DNA of 64,000 bases from an uncultured Desulfarculus sp. (GTDB taxonomy: Bacteria; Desulfobacterota; Desulfarculia; Desulfarculales; Desulfarculaceae): positions 1,952,001 through 2,016,000 of the forward strand of contig CAXXUK010000001.1 of NCBI GenBank assembly GCA_963665125.2. Reading direction: 5' to 3'. Under the pieces are notes generated by a model. That model worked only from the letters and a program-made list of their open reading frames with translations, did no database searches and was not told the DNA's origin. The translations under genes and the position numbers were made by a program. Below, piece after piece: positions 21,298-31,736 of the stretch (position 1 is its first letter; each line of letters begins with the position of its first letter).

Positions 21298-22263
21298 TTA
21301 ATTAACCGGCAAGGCCAGTAAATTACCGGCCAAGGGCCTTCGCCAGTCGACCTTGAACATCAAGTTGCGGTCAAAGCGCGTGAGATAATAAACCTCATAG
21401 CGGTGTTCGGCAAAAATGGCCTCCAGATGGTCTTTGGCCGCGACCGCCATCTTGGGATCCGGGAAGTTATGATCCTCGTGTTCGAACACGATATACGGCC
21501 TTACATTATCGAGTATTTCCGAAGCCCCGGCCAAGGCGTGGTCCTCGAAGCCCTGGATATCCAATTTGATGACGGCCGGCTTCATATCCTTGCCCCGGAA
21601 ATAATCATCCAGAGTAATGACGTCGACATCTATCACATTGCCGGGGTTGTCAATCTTCGGCGGCTGAACGAACGACGAATCGGCCAGGTAAACACCGTCA
21701 AAGGCGTGGAACGTAAGCTGCCCCGGCTCCGAACCCAACGCCTTTTCAACGACATGCAGGTTTGGCGCGGGGTTGATCGATAAATTGGCCCGAAAGCGGG
21801 ACAGGGCCGCCGGGTTTGGCTCAAAAGAGTGGACCTGCACGCCGGGCAGTGCCTTGGCCCAGGGAATGGCCAGGCCGCCAACGTTGCCGCCCACATCCGC
21901 GATGGCCATGCCCGGCTTGGCCAGGTCAGCCACCAATTCCAGGACATCGCGGTCAAAAAATCCGCTCTGGATTATCTTCCATTCCAGAGGATATTTTCGA
22001 TCACAATGGAAAAAAATCGAAGCGCCGCGGAAATCGGTGCGCACAAGGTTATCGCCGCCGCTGAACTGCATGGCGTCCTTGTCCGAGTAATAACCCTCGT
22101 CCTCCGGGTTTTTACCTTTTTCCAGACGCTTCAAATAGCGAATGCCGTCCACCTGTTCAAAGCGTTTTCGCAGACCTGCCTGATACATCAGTTTGAATAT
22201 TTTTCGCACGTTGCCCTCCGCAGTTGGATATCCAACCGGATTGCACCCTATAGCATTTCCCAC
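21298..22263 (-). CDS. FkbM family methyltransferase
   Basis: DVGGNVG, SFEPNP, TLDD, KLDIQGFE; start position uncertain. Confidence 0.88.
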   Translation of the reverse strand: MGNAIGCNPVGYPTAEGNVRKIFKLMYQAGLRKRFEQVDGIRYLKRLEKGKNPEDEGYYSDKDAMQFSGGDNLVRTDFRGASIFFHCDRKYPLEWKIIQSGFFDRDVLELVADLAKPGMAIADVGGNVGGLAIPWAKALPGVQVHSFEPNPAALSRFRANLSINPAPNLHVVEKALGSEPGQLTFHAFDGVYLADSSFVQPPKIDNPGNVIDVDVITLDDYFRGKDMKPAVIKLDIQGFEDHALAGASEILDNVRPYIVFEHEDHNFPDPKMAVAAKDHLEAIFAEHRYEVYYLTRFDRNLMFKVDWRRPLAGNLLALPVN

Positions 22264-22416
22264 AAGTTCGTCAACACGAACAAGTTAACCCCACCGCAAT
22301 CAAGGTGTTTATTCTTCCCCGAAATGCGGCCGCTGTTTTATAATGACAAAAAGCGCCGAGACTGGCCCTCTACAGGAGCAACGTTGCCTGCGCCCTTTGG
22401 CTGGGAGGATTATTGC

Positions 22417-23058
22417 ATGAAGGTCAAAAATTGGATGAGTATTGATCCCATAACCGTTACTCCGGACACTCAAGTCACAGCGGCACACAAGATAATGGCC
22501 GAAAACCGCATTCGCCGCCTACCCGTTGTCGATGACGATGGCACCCTTGTCGGAATGATAACCCTGCGCAACATCATCGAGGCGTCTCCTTCGGCGGCCG
22601 ATGCCTTGAGCAGACACGAAATGAACGCCCTGATGGCCAAACTCAAAGTAGGCCACATCATGGCGAAGAACCCTGATACATGCTCGCCTGAAGATTCGGT
22701 TTTGGATGTCATGCGCAGAGGCCATGTCAAGGGCATCGGCGCCTATCCGGTTGTTGAAGACGGAAAACTGGTGGGTATCACCACCGAGACCGAAATCTTC
22801 CGGGCCATGGTCCACATTTTCGGCACCCATGAAGGCAACAGCATCGTAGTGCTGGAAGGCGTGGATCTGGAAAACAGCCTTGGCGAGGTCAGCAAAATCG
22901 CCACGCTCATTGAAAAGGTCTCAGTCCCCGTGGAGGCCATATTCAGTTTGCCCGAACGCAGATCTTCAGGGCACAGGGTCTATGTAAGGGTGCAAACCTC
23001 CCAGCCCAAGGATGTAATCAAAACGCTCAAGGCCGCCGGATACAATGTGATCAAGTAG
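22417..23058 (+). CDS. CBS-pair + ACT-like protein (AcuB family)
   Basis: RBS GGAGG; MKVKNWMS, IRRLPVVD, LVGITTETEIF. Confidence 0.88.
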   Translation: MKVKNWMSIDPITVTPDTQVTAAHKIMAENRIRRLPVVDDDGTLVGMITLRNIIEASPSAADALSRHEMNALMAKLKVGHIMAKNPDTCSPEDSVLDVMRRGHVKGIGAYPVVEDGKLVGITTETEIFRAMVHIFGTHEGNSIVVLEGVDLENSLGEVSKIATLIEKVSVPVEAIFSLPERRSSGHRVYVRVQTSQPKDVIKTLKAAGYNVIK

Positions 23059-23107
23059 ACCGACCAAAAGGCTATCAAGGCCAGACCCAAAGCTGATATA
23101 GTTTCTC

Positions 23108-23145
23108 CTGCAAGACCATATCCCTAATGGGACATGGTCTTGCAG
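23108..23145. terminator. 17-bp stem-loop downstream of the CBS gene
   Basis: CTGCAAGACCATATCCC-TAAT-GGGACATGGTCTTGCAG. Confidence 0.55.
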
Positions 23146-23315
23146 CGGCCGTTAACATAATCAGGGATTATGAAGACGCAGCAGTGTAATTTCAGCTATA
23201 TTCAGCTTGATTTCCCATTCCTTGAAATCCCCATCACCAAAGCACGCCGCAAGCCGACCGCGCCAATTGAGCGAAAATGGTTGCACAAATGGATCTGCGA
23301 AAGGAGCGGAAGCAC

Positions 23316-24824
23316 ATGAACATTGCGGAGTTGGGCCAGCGGGAAATAGACGAATATGGCGAGCATGTCAGCATTATCTTTGAGGGGCGCCAGTACACCA
23401 ATGTGGACATGCTAAAGGCTGCCAACAGGCTGGGCAACGCTCTGAAGGGTCTGGGGGTCGAACGCGGCGACCGGGTGATTATCCAGATGCCCAATTGCCC
23501 GGAGGTTTTGCAAAGCTTTGGGGCGGTGTACGCCATAGGCGCAATTGTGGTGCCCATCAACTTTCTGGTGGGCGATGAGGAAACCGCCTACATCTACCAG
23601 GACACCGGGGCCGAGACAATCATCAGCAGCATGGCTTTTTACGACAAAATCCAAAACTGCCGCAAGGGCGCCCCGGCAATAAAAAATATCATACTCATCG
23701 ACGAGGAAGGGCCCGAGGGCACCCTTTCCTACCACAAACTGCTCCAGGAAAACACAGACCAGTTGGAATTGGTGGACACCAGCGACGACGAGGTGGCGGC
23801 CCTGATCTACACATCGGGCACCACGGGCAAACCCAAGGGCGTTATGCACACCCACGGCAGCCTGCTGGCCAATGCCCATATGCAGCACCAAACCATCAAA
23901 CTGCCGGACGGCATGACCAGCATCATGGTCCTGCCGTTGTGCCATTCCTACGGCATCGCCAGCATGAATTACGGTGCTCTCAGGGGCAGCGGCAGATTCG
24001 TTGTCCTAGGCAGCTTCGACATAGACGCCGTTTTCCAGGCCATCGATAAATACAAGGCCAACATGATGGGCGCCGTACCCACCATGTATTTGTACATGCT
24101 GTTGCATCCCGAACCGGAAAAATACGATTTCAGTTCCATGAAATACTGGATTTCGGGCTCGGCCCCCCTGGCCCTGGACACCTGGCAGGCCTTCAAGGAC
24201 AAGTTCGGCTTTGAGATCGTCGAGGGCTGGGGCCTCACCGAAGCCGGGGCCAACAACTCGGTCAACCCCCTGGACGGCAAGAAAAAAATCGGCTCCATCG
24301 GCCTGCCCATGGAAGGGCTGACCATGGGCGTCATGGATGATGACGGCGCCCTGCTGCCCGAGCACAAAGAGGGCGAGATAGTGCTCTCGGGCCCGGTGTT
24401 GATGAAAGGCTATTGGAACAAGCCCGAGGAGACATCGGCCTGCATCATCGACGGCTGGCTGCACACCGGAGACGTTGGTTATCGTGACGAGGAGGGCTAT
24501 TATTTCATCACCGACCGCAAGAAAGACCTGATCATCAAGGGCGGTGAAAACCTCAGCCCCAGGGAAATAGAAGAGGTCATCTTCAGCCATCCGGCCATAT
24601 CCGAGGCTGCGGTCATCGGCATACCGGACAAGGTCTATGGCGAGGAGATCAAGGCATTCGTGGTGCCCAATCCCGGCCAGCAGGTGACAGAGCAGGAATT
24701 GATCGACTATTGCCGGCAGCGGCTCAAGCGTTTCAAATCGCCAAAGATGGTTCAGTTCATGGACGCCCTGCCCAAAAGCCTGGTGGGCAAAATCCTCAAA
24801 AAAGAATTAAGGAAAGCAGATTAA
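23316..24824 (+). CDS. Long-chain fatty acid-CoA ligase (AMP-binding)
   Basis: YTSGTTGKPKG, GWGLTE, WLHTGD, DRKKDLII.GGEN, PKS..GKI. Confidence 0.93.
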   Translation: MNIAELGQREIDEYGEHVSIIFEGRQYTNVDMLKAANRLGNALKGLGVERGDRVIIQMPNCPEVLQSFGAVYAIGAIVVPINFLVGDEETAYIYQDTGAETIISSMAFYDKIQNCRKGAPAIKNIILIDEEGPEGTLSYHKLLQENTDQLELVDTSDDEVAALIYTSGTTGKPKGVMHTHGSLLANAHMQHQTIKLPDGMTSIMVLPLCHSYGIASMNYGALRGSGRFVVLGSFDIDAVFQAIDKYKANMMGAVPTMYLYMLLHPEPEKYDFSSMKYWISGSAPLALDTWQAFKDKFGFEIVEGWGLTEAGANNSVNPLDGKKKIGSIGLPMEGLTMGVMDDDGALLPEHKEGEIVLSGPVLMKGYWNKPEETSACIIDGWLHTGDVGYRDEEGYYFITDRKKDLIIKGGENLSPREIEEVIFSHPAISEAAVIGIPDKVYGEEIKAFVVPNPGQQVTEQELIDYCRQRLKRFKSPKMVQFMDALPKSLVGKILKKELRKAD

Positions 24825-24902
24825 AAAATAGGTTATTATGGATAAATAAGCATATTGCAGCGGCCCGCCCGGATCGGCCCAGTCATGGGGCGGCCCGGCG
24901 AC

Positions 24903-24965
24903 ATCCCGCCTTGCTTCGGCAGGGCGGGATAATTTTTTGGGCCGCCCGAAAGCGGACGGCCCAAA
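24903..24965. terminator. Two hairpins between convergent ligase and dehydrogenase genes
   Basis: ATCCCGCCTTGC-TTCG-GCAGGGCGGGAT plus T run; TTTGGGCCG..CGGCCCAAA. Confidence 0.7.
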
Positions 24966-24993
24966 GTTGAGCAGCCGTATTGTTGCGCCCCGG

Positions 24994-26814
24994 CTAGAAG
25001 CACTCCTCCGGTGCGTCCAGGGGCGAGGTGTCTTCCAGGTCCATGACCGTCTTGCGGGTGAAGACGTTGGGCAGAATCCGGCGGCAGAAATAATAGGCGC
25101 TCTGGATCTTGCCCCGGTAGAACACACCGTCGGCCGATTGAGAGTCCACGGCCTCGAGTTTTTCCCGAGCCGTCATGGCCTGTTCCAGCATCAACATGGC
25201 CATCACCGACTCGGCCAGGCACTCCAGGAAGCCCAGAGCCGACAGCGGAATCAGGCTCAACCGGCCGTCCCCCAGATAGCCCAGGTATTTGGCGGCAAAG
25301 GCCGTGGTTTCCTCCACGGCCCGCTTCAACAGGCCCATCTCGGCCCCGAAGTCGGCGTCCCCGGCATTGGCCGCGCAGAAAGCAAGCATGTCGGCCATGG
25401 CGCCCTGGAACACCGCCCCGCCCTCCAGGGCCAGCTTGCGGCCAACCAGGTCCAGGGCCTGGATGTAGTTGGTGCCCTCCCAGATGGACAGGATCTTGCA
25501 ATCGCGCATGTACTGCTCGGCCGGGAAGCCGCTGCAATAGCCCGCGCCGCCGAAGACCTGCAGGGCGTCCCTTGTCAGGCTGAAGCCATAGTCGGTGCAG
25601 TAAGACTTGACCAGGGGCGTGTATATCTCCACCAAGCCTGCGGCCTTTTTGCGCCGGGCCTCGTCCGGGTCAAACCTGGCCACATCCATCAGATAATATG
25701 ATTTGGCGATCAAGGCCCGCATGGCCTCGGTTCCGGCCTTGAGGCCAAGAAGCATGCGCCGAACGTCCTCGTGGTTGATGATGGCCACCCGATCGCCGCG
25801 GCGGTCGGTAAACGGCGGACCCTGGAGGCGCTTCTTGGCCCAGTTGCGGGCCGCGTCATAGGCGCTTGCCGCCAGGGCCAGTCCCATCAGGCCTGTGCCC
25901 ACCCTGGCCTCGTTCATCATCTGGAACATCTTGGCCATGCCCGTATCGGGCTCGCCCAGCAGGATGCCCCGGCAGCCGTCCTTGCCGCCGAAGTTCATGG
26001 CACAGGTTGGCGAGGCGTGGATGCCCATCTTGTGCTCAATGCCCGTGCAGACCACGTCGTTGCTTTGGCCCAGGCTGCCGTCAAGGTTGACCCAGATCTT
26101 GGGCACAATAAACAGGCTGATGCCCTTGGTGCCTTGGGGCGAGCCCTCTATGCGGGCCAAAACCAGGTGGATGATGTTTTCAGTGAGATCCTGTTCGCCG
26201 CCGGAGATGAAACGCTTGCGGCCTTTGATTTTATAAATCCGGGGATCGCCGGATTCTGGATCGGGCGCCGCGCTGGTCTGCAACCAGCCCACGTCACTGC
26301 CCGACAAGGGCTCGGTCAGGCACATGGTGCCGGCCCATTGGCCCGAATACATCTTGGGGACGAAAAGCTCCTTATCGGCGTCGGTGCCGAATTCCTCGAT
26401 GAGCCGGGCGTTGCCCGATGTCAACAAGGGCAGCATGTTCAGGGCCATGTTGGCCCCGAAAAAAAACTCGTTGGCCAGGCCGGATACAATGGGCGGCAGG
26501 CCCCGGCCGCCGTACTTGCGGTCGTTGAACAAGGCTATCCACTTGCCGTCGCGCAGGGCCTCCCAGCAGCCGTGGAACGATTCAGGCAGCTTCACCGCTC
26601 CCGAATCAAAGACACAGCCCTGGCGATCGCCGTCCTGGTTCGCCGGGCCCAGGCAATCAGCGGCCAGTTCCAAGGCGCTTTGCAACACGCCGTCTATTTC
26701 TTGCCGGCTGAAATCCCGGTAAGGTTCATATTGCAGCAACTTGTCCAGGTCCAGATGCTCGTGAAGAAGAAATTGCACATCCCGTGGGTCTCGTTTAAAC
26801 CAGTTCACACCCAT
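24994..26814 (-). CDS. Acyl-CoA dehydrogenase
   Basis: GTMCLTEP.SGSD, K.FISGGEQDL.ENI.HLVLAR, IEHKMGIH.SPTC, IWEGTN.IQA.DL. Confidence 0.94.
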   Translation of the reverse strand: MGVNWFKRDPRDVQFLLHEHLDLDKLLQYEPYRDFSRQEIDGVLQSALELAADCLGPANQDGDRQGCVFDSGAVKLPESFHGCWEALRDGKWIALFNDRKYGGRGLPPIVSGLANEFFFGANMALNMLPLLTSGNARLIEEFGTDADKELFVPKMYSGQWAGTMCLTEPLSGSDVGWLQTSAAPDPESGDPRIYKIKGRKRFISGGEQDLTENIIHLVLARIEGSPQGTKGISLFIVPKIWVNLDGSLGQSNDVVCTGIEHKMGIHASPTCAMNFGGKDGCRGILLGEPDTGMAKMFQMMNEARVGTGLMGLALAASAYDAARNWAKKRLQGPPFTDRRGDRVAIINHEDVRRMLLGLKAGTEAMRALIAKSYYLMDVARFDPDEARRKKAAGLVEIYTPLVKSYCTDYGFSLTRDALQVFGGAGYCSGFPAEQYMRDCKILSIWEGTNYIQALDLVGRKLALEGGAVFQGAMADMLAFCAANAGDADFGAEMGLLKRAVEETTAFAAKYLGYLGDGRLSLIPLSALGFLECLAESVMAMLMLEQAMTAREKLEAVDSQSADGVFYRGKIQSAYYFCRRILPNVFTRKTVMDLEDTSPLDAPEECF

Positions 26815-26986
26815 CGTATACCTCTGCTCCGGTTGGATTGTCGGGAGGCCTTGCCAACGCTAAAAGCGGCCACATCCAACAGGCTACCGCCATGGTTCGC
26901 GCACGACAAGAATAATTCCTATATTATAAACACGGACAAAAGCAAAGGCGGCCTCAGGGACCGCCTTGCGAAGCGTAATTTCTAAT

Positions 26987-27742
26987 TTAGCGACTTCTGC
27001 GCCGCCACAGGCCCAGAGCGCCCAAGGCCGATCCCAATAGCAGCATGGTGCCGGGCTCGGGAATGGTCGCATCACCGACCTTGCCGATAATTTCCACATC
27101 CTGGTCCTGGGGGGTGCCCTGGTTCAGGGAAAGGATGATCTTGTTCTGCCCCTCGTCGTGGTCCACGATGCGCAGGGAAAACGGGGTCGGCTTGTCGCCC
27201 AGATACGGTGAGGTAATGATGCCGGTCAGGGTCATCACACCGCCCTTTTCCGGCTCGAATCCGAACTGAATGCCCGTCAGTTGCAGTGTGCCGAAGGCCT
27301 CGCCGCCCTTGTTAATGCTGTTTTGAGTGCCATAGTCCGAAGAAAGGGTCAGGTTCAACACCTGGTTGGTGCTGTAGTTGGTGCCCAGAACATAGGGGTT
27401 GCCGGTCAGGGAACTCGGGTCCATTCCGGTGGCTTTGTAGATGTTGAAGTTTTCCACCCAGATGTACTTGCCCGCAATATCCGGATTGCTGGAGTCGTCC
27501 ACTTGCAACCAGCCCAGATGCAGCCAGCCGGGCTCTGAGGTGGAGCCCCAGTTGTTGCGCCCATCCGGCAGGCCGGTGTTGTTGGCCTGTTCTTTGTATT
27601 TTTCATTGTAGCCGTGAACCCGGCCGTCAAAGCTGCCTCCACTGCCGGTGCCGGAAAGATCGATTGTGCCAGCCCAGGCCGGAACGGCCAATAAAAACAC
27701 GGCCACGGCGGCCAAAGCCGTGTGCTTGATCACCCACCTCAT
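26987..27742 (-). CDS. PEP-CTERM sorting-domain exported protein
   Basis: Signal peptide (AWA); C-terminal IPEPGTMLLLGSALGALGLWRRR. Confidence 0.9.
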   Translation of the reverse strand: MRWVIKHTALAAVAVFLLAVPAWAGTIDLSGTGSGGSFDGRVHGYNEKYKEQANNTGLPDGRNNWGSTSEPGWLHLGWLQVDDSSNPDIAGKYIWVENFNIYKATGMDPSSLTGNPYVLGTNYSTNQVLNLTLSSDYGTQNSINKGGEAFGTLQLTGIQFGFEPEKGGVMTLTGIITSPYLGDKPTPFSLRIVDHDEGQNKIILSLNQGTPQDQDVEIIGKVGDATIPEPGTMLLLGSALGALGLWRRRSR

Positions 27743-27776
27743 GGGTACCCTCCGTTTGTAACCCTATGGTTGAGGC

Positions 27777-27791
27777 GCAATAATTTTCCCA
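27777..27791 (-). promoter_or_regulatory. Candidate sigma54 (-24/-12) promoter of the PEP-CTERM gene
   Basis: Minus strand TGGGAAAATTATTGC (GG-N10-GC), 35 bp upstream of the ATG. Confidence 0.45.
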
Positions 27792-27863
27792 CTTATCTAC
27801 AGTAATTTTAACCGTTCCATATCCCCGATCAACTGACAAAATTCATCACATTAAACAAAATTT

Positions 27864-28829
27864 TCAAACACCGCGAAAAAACACCGTGTCTCCAACCGGC
27901 TCCCGCACCAGCATTCCCTTGGCTTCCATGCCGCCGATGAACGCAGCAACGGACTCGTTGTCAAGACCGGTCATGGCAGCGATGTCGGCCACGGTGCAAG
28001 GCCTGCGGCGGGTCATCTCCACCACCTGGCGCTCCATGCTGCCGTGGTCGCCGCCGGTCTTGACCTGGGGCCCGGCGATGACCTCGGTAGTCACCTCGAA
28101 CATGGCCGCGATGCGCTCCATATCCACAGGGGCCACGGCCTTGAAGCCCTCCACCGCCGGCGGCCGCACCACGGTGTTCAACTGGACCAGGTCCGGGCCT
28201 ATTTCCGAGGCGGCTTTGACCAGCTTGGCCAGTTCTTCGGCCGTATCGTTGAGCCCGGCCACCAAGAGGATCTCCAGCACCAGACGCCCCTTGAACTGGC
28301 GACGCAGCTTTTTCATGCCGTCGATCATGGCCGCCGCGCTCAGTTCCTTCACCGGCCGGTTGATGCGGCGGAATACATCCTCGCTGACCGCGTCCAGGCT
28401 GGGGATCACCACATCGGCCAGGCATAGCTCATCGCGCACCCGGGCGTCATAGGTCAGGGTGCCGTTGGTCAACACCGCTGTTTTTCCGGCATTGAGTTCG
28501 CGCAGCTTTTCCAGGATATAGCCCATGTCGATGTGCAACGTCGGTTCGCCGCTGCCGGCCAGGGTCAGATAATCCGGCGGCGTATCCAGCTCGGCAAGGC
28601 GCCCCCGCACCTGCCGGAGCACATCCTCCGGGTCGCGGAAACGCTGCCGCGTGGCCGTGTGCACGGTGGTGGGGCCGCATTCGCAGTATACGCAGTCCAG
28701 GGAACAGGTCTTGGGCCACAGCAGGTCCACGCCCAGGCTCATGCCCAAACGGCGGCTGGGCACCGGCCCGAATACGGCCTGATCGTCACTTTTTTCGACA
28801 ATGGTCATGGTGTCGTCCTCCCGTGGCAC
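27864..28829 (-). CDS. Radical SAM protein (Fe-S oxidoreductase, COG0731-like)
   Basis: FGPVPSRRLG.SLGVDL, CSLDCVYCECG, GSGEPTL. Confidence 0.88.
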   Translation of the reverse strand: MPREDDTMTIVEKSDDQAVFGPVPSRRLGMSLGVDLLWPKTCSLDCVYCECGPTTVHTATRQRFRDPEDVLRQVRGRLAELDTPPDYLTLAGSGEPTLHIDMGYILEKLRELNAGKTAVLTNGTLTYDARVRDELCLADVVIPSLDAVSEDVFRRINRPVKELSAAAMIDGMKKLRRQFKGRLVLEILLVAGLNDTAEELAKLVKAASEIGPDLVQLNTVVRPPAVEGFKAVAPVDMERIAAMFEVTTEVIAGPQVKTGGDHGSMERQVVEMTRRRPCTVADIAAMTGLDNESVAAFIGGMEAKGMLVREPVGDTVFFRGV

Positions 28830-28908
28830 AAAGGTAGTCTAAAAACGCCTCTTTTTAAACCCCGGAGGCGATGTTTACAGCCCATGGGCCAGCCGGTAAA
28901 CTGCCTTC

Positions 28909-29889
28909 ATGCAACTAGCCGGGTTAACATTGCAAACACCGTTTATCGCCGCGCCCATGGCCGGGGTGACCAGCCCCGCCTTCCGCTTGATGGCCAAAAT
29001 GGGCGGCGCGTCGCTGGTGTATACCGAGATGGTCTCGGCCAAGGGACTGGTCCTGAAGCGAAGGCGCACCTGGGCCCTGTGCGACATTCTGCCCAAAGAG
29101 CGGCCCGTGTGCCTCCAGCTGTTCGGCGGCGAACCCGAGGCCATGGGCCGGGCCGCGGCCATTGCCAGCGCCTTGAGCGTGGACCTGCTGGATGTCAACA
29201 TGGGCTGCCCGGTCAAGAAAGTGCGCCGCCAGGGCGCGGGATCGGCCTTGCTGGAGGATATGCCCCGAGCCGCCGAGGTCATGGCGGCGGTGGTGGAAAA
29301 CTCCAGCCTGCCCGTTACGGTTAAAATTCGCCTGGGCCAAAGGCGCGACGACCTTGAAAACATCGTGCCGCCCCTGGTCAAGGCCGGAGCCGCGGCCGTA
29401 TGCCTGCACGCCCGCACCACCAAACAACTCTTCGGCGGCCAGGCCGACTGGCAGGCCATAACCAGGCTTGTCGGTTGGTGCCCCGTGCCGGTCATCGGCA
29501 ACGGCGACGTGCGTTCGGGCGAAGACGCGGTGCGCATGCTGGAGCAGACCGGCTGCCAAGCGGTGATGATCGGCCGGGGGGCCATGGGCGATCCGTGGAT
29601 ATTCCGCCGGGCTGCCGAACGCCTTGCCGGAGTCGAGCCCCGGCCCGTCACCCTGGAAGAACGACGCCGGGCCCTTGACGAGCACATGGCCCTTGCCCGC
29701 AAAATGGGCGGAGAGCTCCAGGCCGTGCACTTCGTTAAGCAATTCATGATGTGGTACACCAAGGGCCTGCCCGGAGCCACCAACTTCCGCCGGGAGGCAG
29801 GCAGAGTCAAGCAGTTGGACCTGCTGTGGGGACTGTGCGACGAGTTTTTCAGCCAATTGGCCCGGCACACCGAGGGAGAGGCCGCATGA
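28909..29889 (+). CDS. dusB: tRNA-dihydrouridine synthase B
   Basis: APMAGVT, YTEMVS, D.NMGCP..KV, HART, IGNGD, MIGRG..G.PW. Confidence 0.92.
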   Translation: MQLAGLTLQTPFIAAPMAGVTSPAFRLMAKMGGASLVYTEMVSAKGLVLKRRRTWALCDILPKERPVCLQLFGGEPEAMGRAAAIASALSVDLLDVNMGCPVKKVRRQGAGSALLEDMPRAAEVMAAVVENSSLPVTVKIRLGQRRDDLENIVPPLVKAGAAAVCLHARTTKQLFGGQADWQAITRLVGWCPVPVIGNGDVRSGEDAVRMLEQTGCQAVMIGRGAMGDPWIFRRAAERLAGVEPRPVTLEERRRALDEHMALARKMGGELQAVHFVKQFMMWYTKGLPGATNFRREAGRVKQLDLLWGLCDEFFSQLARHTEGEAA

Positions 29890-30731
29890 AAGTGATCCTG
29901 GCCAAGACAGCCGGTTTTTGCATGGGCGTGCGCCGCGCCGTTGACTTGGCCCTGGCCGAAGCCGACAAGCACAGCGAGACGATCTTTACCTACGGTCCGC
30001 TGATCCACAATCCCCAGGTCCTGGAGTCGCTACGCTCCAAGGGCGTGGACATCCTCGACAGGCCGCCGGATCATGACACGTTCAAAAGCGGCACGGTGAT
30101 CATCCGGGCCCACGGCGTACCGCCCCGGGACATGCAACAACTCAGCGATGCGGGGTTCGACAATATCATTGACGGCACCTGCCCCCACGTGGGTCGGGTG
30201 CAAAAAATCATAGACCAGGCCACTCGCCAGGGCCACGACGTAATCATTGTCGGCGACCTGGATCACCCCGAGGTAGTGGGCTTGTTGGGCCATAGCTCGG
30301 GCCGGGGCCATGTGGTGGCCACACCCGAGGCCGTCGTGGCCCTGCCCCTGTTGAACCATCCGGTGCTGGTGGCCCAGACTACTCAGGACGAGGCTGTTTT
30401 CGACGCAGTGGAACGAGCCGTTGCCCAACGTTTTGCCGACGCCGAGGTGCACACCACAATCTGCGCGGCCACCCACCGCCGCCAGGAAGAGGCCCGTAGG
30501 CTGGCCTCCACCGTCGACGCCATGGTCGTTGTGGGCGGACGCAACAGTGGCAATACGGCCCGGCTGGCCCATATAGCCTCGGCCAGCGGCAAGCCGTCGT
30601 TTTGGGTGGAGACGCCCGAGGAACTTGACCTGGCACAGTTCGATGGACTGGAGGTAGTGGGCGTCACCGCCGGGGCCAGCACGCCCAACTGGCTCATCGA
30701 AAAGGTCGTGAAAGTATTGGAGTCGCTGTAG
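29886..30731 (+). CDS. ispH: 4-hydroxy-3-methylbut-2-enyl diphosphate reductase
   Basis: AGFCMGVRRA, LIHN, RAHG, DGTCP, HPEV, TIC.AT..RQ, NSGNT, AGASTP; ATGA overlap with dusB. Confidence 0.95.
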   Translation: MKVILAKTAGFCMGVRRAVDLALAEADKHSETIFTYGPLIHNPQVLESLRSKGVDILDRPPDHDTFKSGTVIIRAHGVPPRDMQQLSDAGFDNIIDGTCPHVGRVQKIIDQATRQGHDVIIVGDLDHPEVVGLLGHSSGRGHVVATPEAVVALPLLNHPVLVAQTTQDEAVFDAVERAVAQRFADAEVHTTICAATHRRQEEARRLASTVDAMVVVGGRNSGNTARLAHIASASGKPSFWVETPEELDLAQFDGLEVVGVTAGASTPNWLIEKVVKVLESL

Positions 30732-30749
30732 GCGAAAGGAGTCAAGGTC

Positions 30750-31352
30750 GTGGATACATTTAAAGCACTTACTTCGAGGCGCACCGTGCGCAGTTTCGCC
30801 CAAAACCCCGTTGCCAAGGACGACCTGCTGCGCCTTGTGAAGGCGGCCCGCCTGGCACCGTCGGCGGCCAACACCCAAAGCCTGGAATACGTGATCATCA
30901 CCGAAGAACCGCGCCTCGGCGAAATCTTCGACTGCCTGAAATGGGCGGCCTATATCGCGCCCAGGGGCAACCCGGCCCCGGACAAGCGGCCCACGGCCTA
31001 TATCGCCGTGGTCTTGCGCGCCGATTACAAGCCACCGGTCACCCAGGCCTATGACGTGGGCGCGGCCATCCAGAGCATCTGCACCGGCGCGGTGGCCCTG
31101 AGCCTGGGCTCCTGCTGGCTGAAGGCCATCAACTACCCCAGGGCGTCCAAGATCATGAATCTGCCCGAAGGCGTGACCCTGGACAGCATCGTTGCCCTTG
31201 GTTTTCCTGACGAAACGCCCCAGGTGGTGGACCTGGAGCCCGGCCAAAGCGGCCTGGAGGTGATCAAGTATTGGCGCGATGACGATGGCCGACACTTCGT
31301 GCCCAAGCGGGCGATGGAGGATTTGGTGCATTGGGAAGGGTATGAGGAGTAG
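30750..31352 (+). CDS. Nitroreductase family protein
   Basis: RRTVRSF, APSAANTQ, LGSCW, ALGFP; RBS AAGGAG. Confidence 0.9.
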   Translation: MDTFKALTSRRTVRSFAQNPVAKDDLLRLVKAARLAPSAANTQSLEYVIITEEPRLGEIFDCLKWAAYIAPRGNPAPDKRPTAYIAVVLRADYKPPVTQAYDVGAAIQSICTGAVALSLGSCWLKAINYPRASKIMNLPEGVTLDSIVALGFPDETPQVVDLEPGQSGLEVIKYWRDDDGRHFVPKRAMEDLVHWEGYEE

Positions 31353-31534
31353 TGACAAGGGCTGGATTCCGGCTGGCGAAACGATAATTTCAACCTCCTG
31401 ACTCGCAAATCAAACGGCTCGGTAAGGCCATTTTTTATTCTTTTTTTTCTCGGCCGAGTATAAAAAGGTTAATGCAAGATTAAGCGGCAAAAACGAGCCG
31501 GGCACGGTGCTTGGCTCTTGCTTTAGCTAACCCA

Positions 31535-31612
31535 TTAATCTGCTCCGTCTTCATTCAGGTCCGAAATCATGCTTGCCGCACGCGTTTAGGCACCGGAGAC
31601 GACATGAGTGTG
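31535..31612 (-). pseudogene. Tyrosine integrase C-terminal remnant, copy 1 (internal stop)
   Basis: Translates THVVSGA*TRAASMISDLNEDGAD*, homologous to the better-preserved remnant at 32897-33013. Confidence 0.6.
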
Positions 31613-31736
31613 GAAATTCGTGGGTGATGGTTCATCTTCTCGATATGAACCATCTGGAATTGCACTAGTCGGTCTGGGTCTGAGCCGGGCCAATCATTAT
31701 TACCGGCTTTAGTCTGGTGTTCAACATGATGGACTC

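Noticed and set aside
21829..22416. N-terminal extension of the CBS protein in the ORF track
   Set aside because: Overlaps the FkbM gene on the opposite strand; RBS-supported ATG at 22417
25771..26985. 404-aa plus-strand ORF
   Set aside because: Antisense shadow of the acyl-CoA dehydrogenase
30030..31358. 442-aa minus-strand ORF
   Set aside because: Antisense to ispH and the nitroreductase, no recognisable motifs
31490..31605. Duplicated block (with 32850-32970) as a riboswitch or ncRNA
   Set aside because: Better explained as an integrase 3' end plus terminator, since the minus strand translates to the LGH..TT..Y.H motif
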